Below the pieces are notes generated by a model. The model searched no databases, had not been told where the DNA came from, and was given only the letters and a program-made list of their open reading frames with translations. Shown one piece after another: positions 33,178-41,725 of a stretch of 45,138 nt of DNA (the stretch's first letter is position 1; every line of letters starts with the position of its first letter). The position numbers were made by a program, and so were the translations under genes. Source of the stretch: Rhodospirillales bacterium (GTDB lineage Bacteria; Pseudomonadota; Alphaproteobacteria; Bin95); the NCBI GenBank assembly GCA_038143065.1, contig JAYQLI010000047.1, positions 1 through 45,138 on the forward strand, given 5' to 3'.

Positions 33178-33982
33178 ATGCCTGGCAAAAAGTTGAATAG
33201 AAACACCAATCAAAAAATCAGTAAGTAGAGGCGTGCAGTCGATCGAGGTAGGATCGCGTCTACTTTACACTCTCCTTCGAGAAGAAGAACCCATGATGTT
33301 AAAAGACCTGGCTCAGATTTCAGGCTTTTCACCAGCGCAAGCACATGCTTATTTAGCGAGCTATCGGAAAATTGGGCTTGTTGAACAAAATGAAGCTTCC
33401 GGTCGCTATCGCTTAGGGAAGTTTGCCTTGGACTGCAGTATAGCCGCTATGCAAACTACTGATCCCATGGACCTAGCTAATGATTTTGTGCGCGATCTTT
33501 CTGAAAATACCGCACTAAACGTTGCTTTAGTAGTTTGGGGCTCATTTGGCCCAACGGTTATTTCTGTGAAAGAGAGCGGCAGACAACTGAATATGAACAC
33601 CAAAACTGGTACCGTGTACTCTATGACTGGCACCGCTAGTGGGCGTATTTTTACCGCATTTTTACCGGAGCAAATTGCAAAGGACGCAATCGCTCGCGAA
33701 AAACGCGAAGTTGTGGGTAGTGGTAGAGTGGGGCAGCCATGTTTCATGTCAAAAGTTGCATTGGACACGATCAGAGAGCAAGGATACTCAACCGTGGAAG
33801 ATCCGCCTGTTCCTGGTATTTCAGCATATGCCGCTCCAGTGTTCGATTATACGGGACAAATAGTAATGGCAATCACGATCATTGGCATGGATAACTATTT
33901 GGAGCCGCGTGCTAAAAACGAATTCATTCCAGCACTGCTAGATACGACAGCCAAATTATCGACTGAGCTAGGTTATATCTAA
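33178..33982 (+). CDS. IclR-family regulator 2; 5' end probably shifted by an A-run near 33215
   Basis: (RG)VQSIEVG, AQAHAYLASY, VWGSFGPTVI, TASGRIF and PGISAYAAPVFD. Confidence 0.9.
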
Positions 33983-34126
33983 AAAGTTACCACCCAACAG
34001 GATTTTATGTTTGTAAGATCACTGTACCGAGTGACTTTGCTATTCCATTTTCCTATTTGTTTTTCAAATTAATTTAAAAATGCCCCTACTGACTTAAGTA
34101 GCCACAATGCATGCAAATGCTACGCA

Positions 34127-34543
34127 CTACCCCATCATTTTAAGCGCCGCTGCTTCACTTGCTCTGATAAAGTCCTGTGCGCGATACCGCCAATCTAGTT
34201 CGCCTAAGCGGAGTTCACTGTTGAGAGGTTCGTTGATATTGCGAGGGATTTTCACACCTGCAAAACCAAACACAGACATCTCCTCTGGCGTGAGATAACT
34301 GCGCACAAAAATCTCTTGGTTTCGGCTTTGCCAATACAGCGTGGAGAAGTTTCTAATGGTGCGATGCCGAGCAAGCTCAGCTGGCAGTGCTAATCTTAAA
34401 TCCCCTCCGTTTGTGTTTGTGTGGTGTGCGTGGATATCATTCCTCTTATTGAAGTGTTCAATCACTGTTTCAAAGAAGCCCTGTACCGCACGCGGGGCTG
34501 TGGCAATTTTTGCATAAAAGTTTTCTCGGCCGAGTTCGCCCAT
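34127..34543 (-). CDS. Hypothetical protein (138 aa)
   Basis: Intact ORF with RBS-like AGGTG. A diverged internal fragment is duplicated at 14572-14638. Confidence 0.65.
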   Translation of the reverse strand: MGELGRENFYAKIATAPRAVQGFFETVIEHFNKRNDIHAHHTNTNGGDLRLALPAELARHRTIRNFSTLYWQSRNQEIFVRSYLTPEEMSVFGFAGVKIPRNINEPLNSELRLGELDWRYRAQDFIRASEAAALKMMG

Positions 34544-34673
34544 ATGTCACCTAATTCGTATTTAACTATGCGTCTTTTGACATAGAGCAACTTAGAACAA
34601 ATTCACTTACAGGCGCCTAAAACTGCACAGTTTTGGCTGAGTTTGCGGCGTAATTCATTGCGGGTGTTGGATT

Positions 34674-35036
34674 TCAACTGCTACCCAGTGGTGCCTGCGC
34701 GCCCTGCGGCTTGAGCCTATCATAATCTGCCTGTGAGATTGCTGTGCTGATCGCTGAAGGCATTCCCGTTGTGGTGTCTTGTGTCTTTGGTGCGTTTGCA
34801 GATTTTGGAATGGAGAGCGCCGGTGGTTTTGATTGCCCCACAGTCTTTGTGGGTTTTGACTTACTCTTCGCTTTGGCGTCTTTGGTCTTAAGCCGCTTAT
34901 CCAGCGCGTTGGCGAGAAAGCTGGCTGTATTTGCGAAGAGTTTTATGTCGTCCACCGCCTGCTCAATACTGGTACTTTTTGCGCCCTTCTCAATAACATC
35001 AATGAGCTTTCGCATTTCTTCTCTAGCATCATCCAT
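34674..35036 (-). CDS. Hypothetical protein with a helical N-terminus and a K/P/S/T-rich tail
   Basis: RBS GAGG. It starts 12 bp after the upstream gene's stop. Confidence 0.65.
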   Translation of the reverse strand: MDDAREEMRKLIDVIEKGAKSTSIEQAVDDIKLFANTASFLANALDKRLKTKDAKAKSKSKPTKTVGQSKPPALSIPKSANAPKTQDTTTGMPSAISTAISQADYDRLKPQGAQAPLGSS

Positions 35037-35048
35037 ACTGTTTCTACC

Positions 35049-35375
35049 TCATGCACCCATGCGCTCTGGTTGCTTCCAGATTGCATGGGACTGTTTGGCG
35101 ATTGCGCTTTCACAGAGATCATTCAGGCGATCAAATGTAACAACCAACGTCTGGTGGGCTGTTTGGTCACTCGATCTCAACTGGTCTGCATAATACCCAA
35201 GTTTGTGGGCACACACACTCAGCACAGCAACACTTGGGTCTAGGTCATGATATCGCAGCGTTCTGATGTACCCCTCGCTGCGCCCAAGCCAGCCATTACA
35301 AAACTCGGGTGTTGAACTCACCACACCCGCCGCCTTCAGCTCGCTCTGTATATGTTCCAATAGTCTAATACTCAT
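35049..35375 (-). CDS. Hypothetical protein, probably DUF6626 family
   Basis: Strong RBS AGGAGAGGAG. The pattern EFCNGWLGRSEGYIRTLR is recalled as DUF6626; I have not searched it. Confidence 0.6.
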   Translation of the reverse strand: MSIRLLEHIQSELKAAGVVSSTPEFCNGWLGRSEGYIRTLRYHDLDPSVAVLSVCAHKLGYYADQLRSSDQTAHQTLVVTFDRLNDLCESAIAKQSHAIWKQPERMGA

Positions 35376-35396
35376 AGATCTCCTCTCCTTGCATGT

Positions 35397-35405
35397 GTAT
35401 TTATC
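35397..35405 (-). promoter_or_regulatory. GATAAATAC motif, T4-late-promoter-like, upstream of the DUF6626-like gene
   Basis: GATAAATACACATGCAAGG, ending 21 bp before the ATG. It aligns with GATAAATACATGTGAAGG at 38997. Confidence 0.35.
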
Positions 35406-35459
35406 TTTGGAACATAGGCTGGTGCCACAGTGGGTGGAGAGACTGTGTCTAGGACAGAG

Positions 35460-36244
35460 TCAGCGCTTATCTCTCAGTGGAAACTGCCCCTTGCCCACAT
35501 TCTCAATGTACTGCTCAGCAATGCGCAGGTGGCGCTGCACAGCCAATTGCTTTCTGCGATAAATCTTCTTTTCGATTTTTGTAGTTGAGAGGTTGAGGCT
35601 GCGTCGAGACTGAAGCGTTTCTCCATCCACAACGTGATTAATACGCAGCCCCACCAGATCAGCCAGCTCTGCGTCTTTGAAGTTTGGATGTCGCTGCTTA
35701 GCGTCCCATACCAGCAAATGCTCATGCAGGGCGGAGAGAATGGTTTGTAGCCACTGGGTATTTGGCACGGCTGGGCATCTTCTGGCGCGCTGCCTTTATA
35801 ATTTGAGGACGTACCAACGCTTGAACTGGCGCGTTGTGATCGCCAGTGATGTTTCAAGGGCACCTTTATGATCAGCGTGTGATCATCCCCCTGCTCTCCT
35901 GCTACAGCTGCGCTTACCTGCCTAATGGGTGGCTCTGCAAAAATCCAATTGTGCGCACGCCACCAATCCCAGAATTCACCGGCATACACATTGCCAAAGT
36001 CCTCATAGAGTTTGGCATAACGTCCACGCCCACCCTGCGCACAGGTACGTTTATAACCTTCATGGCGTCTGAGATACTCCCACCAATAGTAATAGACTGA
36101 ACATTGCCAGGGTTCTGCTTCGGGAAAAGGCGGTGGTGGCAGCTTTCTTTTGCTGCGTTTTGGGTCTTTCACAGGCCACGCATAAGCAAAATGCAGGGGA
36201 CGGTCTTTAAACTTTTCCATAAAATCAGTCTCTAATGATGCCAT
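35460..36244 (-). CDS. Hypothetical protein, possible FseA-like (DUF6499/DUF2285-type) activator; several single-base indels at 35730-35860
   Basis: YYWWEYLRRHEGY near the N-terminus. The repaired C-terminus reads LHEHLLVWDAK...DAELADLVGL...QRHLRIAEQYIENVGKGQFP. Confidence 0.5.
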
Positions 36245-36353
36245 ATATGTATTACTTTAATGCTTTTTCTATCGGCATCAATATTTCTCCTAAGTTTATC
36301 TCATCGACGCGGCAATCCCGCCGTACAGATCAAACTTTATTAGGAGAACACAC

Positions 36354-37169
36354 ATGACAAACCTAACACAAAACACAGCACCAACTTTGACATCCGTGAT
36401 TGATGAGATGATCGCAAATCGCATCAAATGGCAGGAAGGCACCTATGCTGCCAGCAATGCAGAGCTTTATGCACTTCTTGGAGATTGCTTAGAGCTGTTT
36501 AACAAAGCCAAAGACGCCAAAACTGGTTTGGCCAAAGCCATTACAGAGCAATTAGAAGAGCGTGGCATTGCCTATAACAGCTCAACAAGCCTAACTCTCA
36601 AGATTGTGCGCTTGGTCTTCTGTGCTCCAGGTATGGAAGAGAAGATCGTGCACCGTGCCTTCACCTATGCAAAGGTCCTAAAGATTGCCTCTGATGCAGG
36701 ACAAACTGGAGATACACTGTCCAAATATATCACAGACAATCATGGCATTGATGAGATCCGTCGCGCCAACAAAGACGGTCTGACAGAAGCACAAAAGTCA
36801 AAGCTGAACCAAGACTATGCAGAAACGGTTCTAAGTGACTCTGTATCCTTAGTTGATATTGATTTGGTAGATGCCCTGCAGCCCAATGACGGAGAGCAGT
36901 TCAGCCTAGCCCTGATCCGCCGCAATGCAGATGGAACTGGATCTATTGTATTCGGCACCCCCAATGTAGCTGCGATCAAGACTGTGCTTTGCCTAGCGGG
37001 TGGAGAACTCAAAGACGTGGCCAAGCAAGAAGATGAAGCCTCTGTAGCTGAGCGCAGTGAGCAAATGCGCGCGATCAATACGCAGCGCCTTTCACAAGAG
37101 CTGGCAGCCAAACAGGGCTTTGCACCCAGCATCACTGTCAGTGCCGTTGAAGCAGTCCCAGCTGAGTAA
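36354..37169 (+). CDS. Hypothetical protein (271 aa, largely helical)
   Basis: Long intact ORF with RBS TAGGAG. No motif recognised. Confidence 0.8.
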   Translation: MTNLTQNTAPTLTSVIDEMIANRIKWQEGTYAASNAELYALLGDCLELFNKAKDAKTGLAKAITEQLEERGIAYNSSTSLTLKIVRLVFCAPGMEEKIVHRAFTYAKVLKIASDAGQTGDTLSKYITDNHGIDEIRRANKDGLTEAQKSKLNQDYAETVLSDSVSLVDIDLVDALQPNDGEQFSLALIRRNADGTGSIVFGTPNVAAIKTVLCLAGGELKDVAKQEDEASVAERSEQMRAINTQRLSQELAAKQGFAPSITVSAVEAVPAE

Positions 37170-37189
37170 TCACAACATCCCATAACAGT

Positions 37190-37214
37190 GTGAGCAGCCC
37201 TATAGGCTGCTCAC
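37190..37214. other. Perfect 10-bp intergenic hairpin
   Basis: GTGAGCAGCC-CTATA-GGCTGCTCAC, with no U-tract. Confidence 0.7.
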
Positions 37215-37240
37215 CGTTAAACATTGAAAGGAACACACAG

Positions 37241-37931
37241 ATGAAGTTTGAGCACAAACATAGGCCGCACATGCTTGCAGGACATCATCTTCGCTGATGC
37301 GCATGTAGCCGGAGTTATTCAGGATACTGCTTCAGGCATACGTGATAATCACATCATTCTACATGGTCCCCGTGGCAGTGGAAAAAGCGAGACGGCTCGT
37401 TTGCTTCAACAGGCGAGACTGGGCTGCGAGGCGCAAGGCGTCTTTGCGGACCCCATCCATGCCAAGACCTACGAGCACGAGAGTTTTGCACCCATCCTCA
37501 CAACTTGGAACTGGCAGATCATGGCAGGGGCCCGAATGGGCTGCGTGGTGATTGATGAGGTCGACCAGTTCTCAACAGCCATGCAGCAAAAGCTGCGTGC
37601 TTTCGTGGATCGCTACAGCATGGGGCTTATTCTCTGCACCACAAACAATCTTCACGCTGTTGATCAGCCGCTTCAAGATCGCTGCCGCTGTCTAAAGATC
37701 ACTTACCCAACTATTGAGCAGTGGGCACCACGTGCACGGGCAATTCTTGCCAAGCAAGGTATTGAGCTCACTCAACAGCAGACCTGTGATCTTCTAGAAG
37801 GCTTTGAGAATTCGGGGCGCAAGATGATGGATTGGCTGGAAGATACAGTGATTGAGATCAGGCAAAACTGCACACGTTTACTTACAATCTTAGATCAGGA
37901 GCGAGAAAATGCAGTATCGTATAAACGCTGA
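37241..37931 (+). CDS. Clamp-loader-clade AAA+ ATPase (RFC small subunit / T4 gp44-like), lacking the collar domain
   Basis: ATG at 37241 after RBS AAAGGA gives MKFEHKHRP (EKYRP-like box II; one indel near 37268). Walker A GPRGSGKS, Walker B VVIDEVD, sensor-1 TTN and SRC-like LQDRC are present. Confidence 0.8.
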
Positions 37932-38421
37932 TGGCTTCTACTATTTACCAGGCACAGGACGCAATCTTGCTTTGATCTACTCATTTGAAAACATCAATGT
38001 CGCTACTGAGCAAATGGGAATTTTGCTTGAAGAAATTGGAGACAGCTTGTTTCAACTCACAGGCAGTAAGTTCTTTCGCGGCGCCAGTGCATTGGAAAAT
38101 GCGCTTAAGTTTAATTTTTCAAGTGCAATTAATCGATATCTTGCCGTAGATGAACGTTCTGATTTTGTTCAAAGTTTCAATCATATTGTTTGCTGTTCAG
38201 CTCTATACTGGAACTTGCAATGGTTAGACACTGACTTTGCAAACGAATTGCCGGCTTTAGATCGTGAAGACGAATTAGAACTCATTCGTGAATATTTTTA
38301 TCGAAGCCATGAAGCCGGTTACACATCCAACTTGGTCACAAATATTACGAAACATCAATTGACATATTTTGCTAGACCAGAACTCGAAGAAATCTACAGA
38401 AAGCAAAATTGCGAGGAATAA
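37909..38421 (+). CDS. Hypothetical protein (170 aa)
   Basis: RBS AGGAG; overlaps the ATPase 3' end; more AT-rich than its neighbours. Confidence 0.65.
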   Translation: MQYRINADGFYYLPGTGRNLALIYSFENINVATEQMGILLEEIGDSLFQLTGSKFFRGASALENALKFNFSSAINRYLAVDERSDFVQSFNHIVCCSALYWNLQWLDTDFANELPALDREDELELIREYFYRSHEAGYTSNLVTNITKHQLTYFARPELEEIYRKQNCEE

Positions 38422-38439
38422 AATCTAAAGAAGGAAACA

Positions 38440-38985
38440 TAAAACCGAATAAACTTCGTTTCTTCTGAAGCATCAGCTAACGCTTCGCTTGATGTCTTCG
38501 AATTGATTATTTCGAGATTGCAAAGAGCAGTCAGATCAACGCCTAGTGAGGCGTTGATCTCAACAGTTAAACATGAGTTTGCATGTCGCCTGTCAGGCTA
38601 TTTTACTGAACCAAATTGGAAGAGCAGGTTTTGCGATCATCTCTATTACCAGCGTTCACGCACGCATAGGACCCAAACAGCCAGGCACTCCTACACGCTA
38701 GCGGGTCTCTTGCGAGGTTGTCATCCGCTTCACTTTTTAGATGGCGTTCCATCTCAACCATTCCGACTTTGCAAACGTCATATCACTTCCGATGTTTCAG
38801 GATAAAAGGATGTCTCTCCAGTGGGATTGCGTTTAAGGCATCCTGCCAGCAGCAGGGTAGTGCAAAGAAGACGAACAACGGGCAGTTCGTTTTATGCTGA
38901 CGTTTTCAAAGTACATCACCACAGCGCAATTCCATTCGGCGCGCCAACCTTTATCCCATTTGTATAAGCCTAAGTCTTGCCTTCA
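38440..38985 (-). ncRNA. Candidate ~550-nt structured ncRNA and/or replication-origin region
   Basis: No credible ORF. There are at least 7 stems, including a 10-bp helix that pairs fully only on the minus strand via three G-U pairs (38662-38671/38689-38698), a CUC-GCAA-GAG GNRA loop (38707-38716), long-range pairing 38800-38809/38948-38956 and a perfect 12-bp stem at 38533-38560. Confidence 0.55.
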
Positions 38986-39299
38986 CATGTATTTATCAAT
39001 GTGCGCAAAAAGCTCGCAAAAATGGTTTTGATGCCGCCGGTTATTTGTTTTTTGGACGATCTGATCGCGATATAGGCAAAGGTTCTGTTCTTAGACTGAT
39101 CAAGTGGTTTTTGAACCAGATGTACCTGCCCTCTTTCAGAAAGAGTGACGAAGAGCTCTTTCAACATACTATTCGAACCACTTATGCCCACGTGATACAC
39201 AAACTTGGTTTTGGGAGCCGCCTTTTGAACATCTAAAACATATCGACCTAATTCGTCGTGCCGGGGGCGCTCTTTCGACCAGTCGATCATATCCAGCAT
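38970..39299 (-). CDS. Hypothetical small basic protein, phage-like
   Basis: RBS AAGGAG. The pattern FVYHVG...GQVHLVQK...FAYIAIR resembles small alphaproteobacterial phage proteins (recalled, not searched). Confidence 0.6.
   Translation of the reverse strand: MLDMIDWSKERPRHDELGRYVLDVQKAAPKTKFVYHVGISGSNSMLKELFVTLSERGQVHLVQKPLDQSKNRTFAYIAIRSSKKQITGGIKTIFASFLRTLINTCEGKT
38989..38997 (-). promoter_or_regulatory. GATAAATAC motif directly 5' of the candidate ncRNA
   Basis: Same extended motif as 35397-35405. Confidence 0.35.
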
Positions 39300-39446
39300 G
39301 TCATCAGCTCCTTAATCAATATCTTGAATCAACCAAGCCAATAAAACGTCTTCACGCGCAAAAGGAAAGTATCATAGTGAGATATTTTTCGGTCGTCCAA
39401 ACGAAGCCTCAGAAAGTAAACTGAAAGAAAGTTGTTTGGATAGGCT

Positions 39447-39920
39447 ATGGCATCTCTCAAAACCCTCACGTTTAAAACCATAGAGCGCAATCGGCGCGCG
39501 AGTGAGATTATAGCACGGCGCCAAAAGCTCATTGTGAAGCTAGAGGAGCAGCAGAAGGTTCTAGAACACCACGTGAAGAGTGAGCAGTATGTCGTGACCG
39601 GTCCAAAGTGGATGCGGAACAATCACGGTGAGCGTGTACTTGTTGAGAAGCAACGTGTTATTCGTCCTTGGTTCTTTGAGCGCGACGGTGGCTATTACCT
39701 GCAGGTTAAATATGGCACGCGCATCCTATCTGTTGATGGTGTGCACAATGCGATCTTTGTGGAAGCGATTTCAGATCTCAGCGGGAGTGCTTTCGAGCTG
39801 ATTGCAGCCACAGAGGCCGGTGAGTTGGATGCAGCTATCGCGAAAGCTTTGAAGCCTAAGCCGAAGTATAAGCCCGGGGCAGCGAAGTCTGCGGACATCC
39901 ATCGGCTTAAGCGGTCTTAG
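39447..39920 (+). CDS. Hypothetical protein, probably DUF6641 family
   Basis: The pattern RRQKLIVKLEEQ...W...GERVLV...RPWFF...VKYG...NAI is recalled as DUF6641; I have not searched it. Confidence 0.65.
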   Translation: MASLKTLTFKTIERNRRASEIIARRQKLIVKLEEQQKVLEHHVKSEQYVVTGPKWMRNNHGERVLVEKQRVIRPWFFERDGGYYLQVKYGTRILSVDGVHNAIFVEAISDLSGSAFELIAATEAGELDAAIAKALKPKPKYKPGAAKSADIHRLKRS

Positions 39921-39982
39921 GTCTTTAAACAAAAGTTTCACGATCCCATATACGTCACATCAATCACGGTGAGAGGTGAGTT

Positions 39983-40255
39983 ATGGAAGAGTTTAGAACA
40001 AGTGCGCGTGGACAGGTTTCGGTCAGGGGCGCGCTCATGCTGGTTTTTGGTCTTTTGCTTAATCTCGCAATAACCCTAGTAGGGGTGTTGGCCTTTATTC
40101 AATTCTTATGGATGCTAGTCACAACAGATCGGAACCAATTTATTGCTGACATCAGCTCTGATCTGTCTCGTTGGATGTCTGCAACTGTTCAATTCCTTCT
40201 TGGACAGAGCGAAGAAAAACCCTTCCCTTGGTCATCCCTCAAATATGCGCGCTAA
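39983..40255 (+). CDS. DUF4389-like small membrane protein
   Basis: Two hydrophobic helices, IQFLWMLVT..RN and terminal SEEKPFPW. RBS GAGGTG. Confidence 0.75.
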   Translation: MEEFRTSARGQVSVRGALMLVFGLLLNLAITLVGVLAFIQFLWMLVTTDRNQFIADISSDLSRWMSATVQFLLGQSEEKPFPWSSLKYAR

Positions 40256-40678
40256 GATTAAGGTCGCTGTTCTTTTATTGTTTGGGGTCTTTTGGCCGAT
40301 CACATTATTTGCCCAATCAGAATTAACTGGGCAGATAACCCATGTACGGGATGGCGATACAATCGAAGTTGGGGATATTGCGATTAGGCTCAACGGGCTT
40401 ACCTGCGACGAACGCGGCACAGCTTTAGGAGATCGCGCTACAGCGTACCTCCGATTACAAGTACCAGGTAAAACAGCAACCTGCACCTTAAATGGTGAGC
40501 TCACCTATGACCGCCTTGTTGGACGCTGCGCGACAGAGGACCTCGGTGATATTGGAGTGCATCTGATCAAGCAGCAGCTGTGTGGACGCTGCGAGAGATA
40601 TGATCCTGAAGGTGAGTATGCTCAAGCACAGAGAGATGCAGGACCCTATGCTGGGGCAATGCAGAGCATTGCAGATAG
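40245..40678 (+). CDS. Secreted thermonuclease (SNase/TNase family)
   Basis: Signal peptide, HVRDGDTIEV, IRLNGL..DE and TYDRLVGRC. It probably ends at TAG 40678 after one indel; the provided ORF runs on to 40847. Confidence 0.85.
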
Positions 40679-40701
40679 CGCACGGCTCAAAATTTTATAC
40701 T

Positions 40702-40926
40702 TTATTCAATTGAAAGATTATCAATCATCGGAACAAGACGCTCACGAACCCAGCTATAATCGGGCAACTCATCTATATATGCGACAATCTCATCAATTTG
40801 CTCACTTGATAAATCATCTAAAGAATCAACTTTGTAAAAATCCGTGATACTGTCACTGACCCAAGCTTCAACTTCATCAACAATACGATCTTCAAACTTG
40901 TTCCACTTATACAATTCAAAGGCCAT
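40702..40926 (-). CDS. Small acidic hypothetical protein (74 aa)
   Basis: RBS GGAG; very D/E-rich. Confidence 0.6.
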   Translation of the reverse strand: MAFELYKWNKFEDRIVDEVEAWVSDSITDFYKVDSLDDLSSEQIDEIVAYIDELPDYSWVRERLVPMIDNLSIE

Positions 40927-41014
40927 TTTAATTACTCCACGTTTAATTTCTGTTAATGCTCATGAAGCTAGATCTAACTAAGAGAAAGTCATTTTAATCG
41001 TACGTACTAAAATC

Positions 41015-41036
41015 TCATAGAACATACTTTCTATGA
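41015..41036. promoter_or_regulatory. Putative tyrosine-recombinase crossover site I
   Basis: TCATAGAA-CATACT-TTCTATGA: perfect 8-bp inverted arms with a 6-bp spacer, upstream of the small recombinase. Confidence 0.6.
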
Positions 41037-41124
41037 TGTTTTCGCGTATCCCACTGATATCATTGAAGATCATTTCGGGGCAGATTTCGGTCGTCCAACC
41101 AATACCTCAGACTTTATAATAAAA

Positions 41125-41147
41125 GCATAGAAAAGCTTATATTATGC
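41125..41147. promoter_or_regulatory. Putative tyrosine-recombinase site II (degenerate), next to the recombinase start
   Basis: GCATAGAA-AAGCTTA-TATTATGC shares the CATAGAA arm with site I. TATAAT lies at 41115-41120. Confidence 0.45.
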
Positions 41148-41159
41148 GAGGGTTCACTC

Positions 41160-41725
41160 ATGCGCCAAGCTCAAACACTGACAGATGCCCAACTGCGTCG
41201 TGTATTACACTATTGCCGTACTAGACGTCATCCACTGAGAGATGAGACAATCATACTCACAAGTTTTTATGCAGGCCGCCGCAATAGAAATCGCCGCCTT
41301 AAAATATGCAGATGTCTATGATGAGCAAGGCGCTGTACGAGATCAGTTCACACTGCGCGCAACACAAAGCAAAGGGGGCAGAACACGCACTGTATACATT
41401 GGAAGCAAACTGGAAGCGCGCCCTCAAAGAATACCAAGCCAGTATTGTTAGGCACAGAGAGGATATGCCACTCTTCCCCAGTCAAAAAGGTGGACACTTC
41501 TCAGCAAACACCATGTGCCAGCTGTTCCTCGATATCTACAAGGCCTGTGGTCTGAGAGATGCCTCCAGTCACTCAGGGCGGCGCACCTACATCACCAGGC
41601 TTGCCAACAAAGGAGTTGGTGTGCGGTTGTTGGCAGAGCTCGCAGGACATTCGCATATTTCGACCACCCAGAGATACATTGATGTGAATGTAGAGCAGTT
41701 GAAGGAAGCAGTGGAGCTACTCTAG
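41160..41725 (+). CDS. Small catalytic-domain-only tyrosine recombinase (~190 aa), two frameshifts
   Basis: MRQAQTLTDAQLRRV...FYAG(L)RAIEIAAL...SKGGRTRTV...SSHSGRRT...LAGHSHISTTQRY; the full R-K-H-R-H-Y set is present. Confidence 0.88.

Noticed and set aside
35730-35860. Programmed ribosomal frameshift as in FseA
   Set aside because: Several indels are needed, no slippery site was recognised, and they are indistinguishable from the window-wide error pattern.
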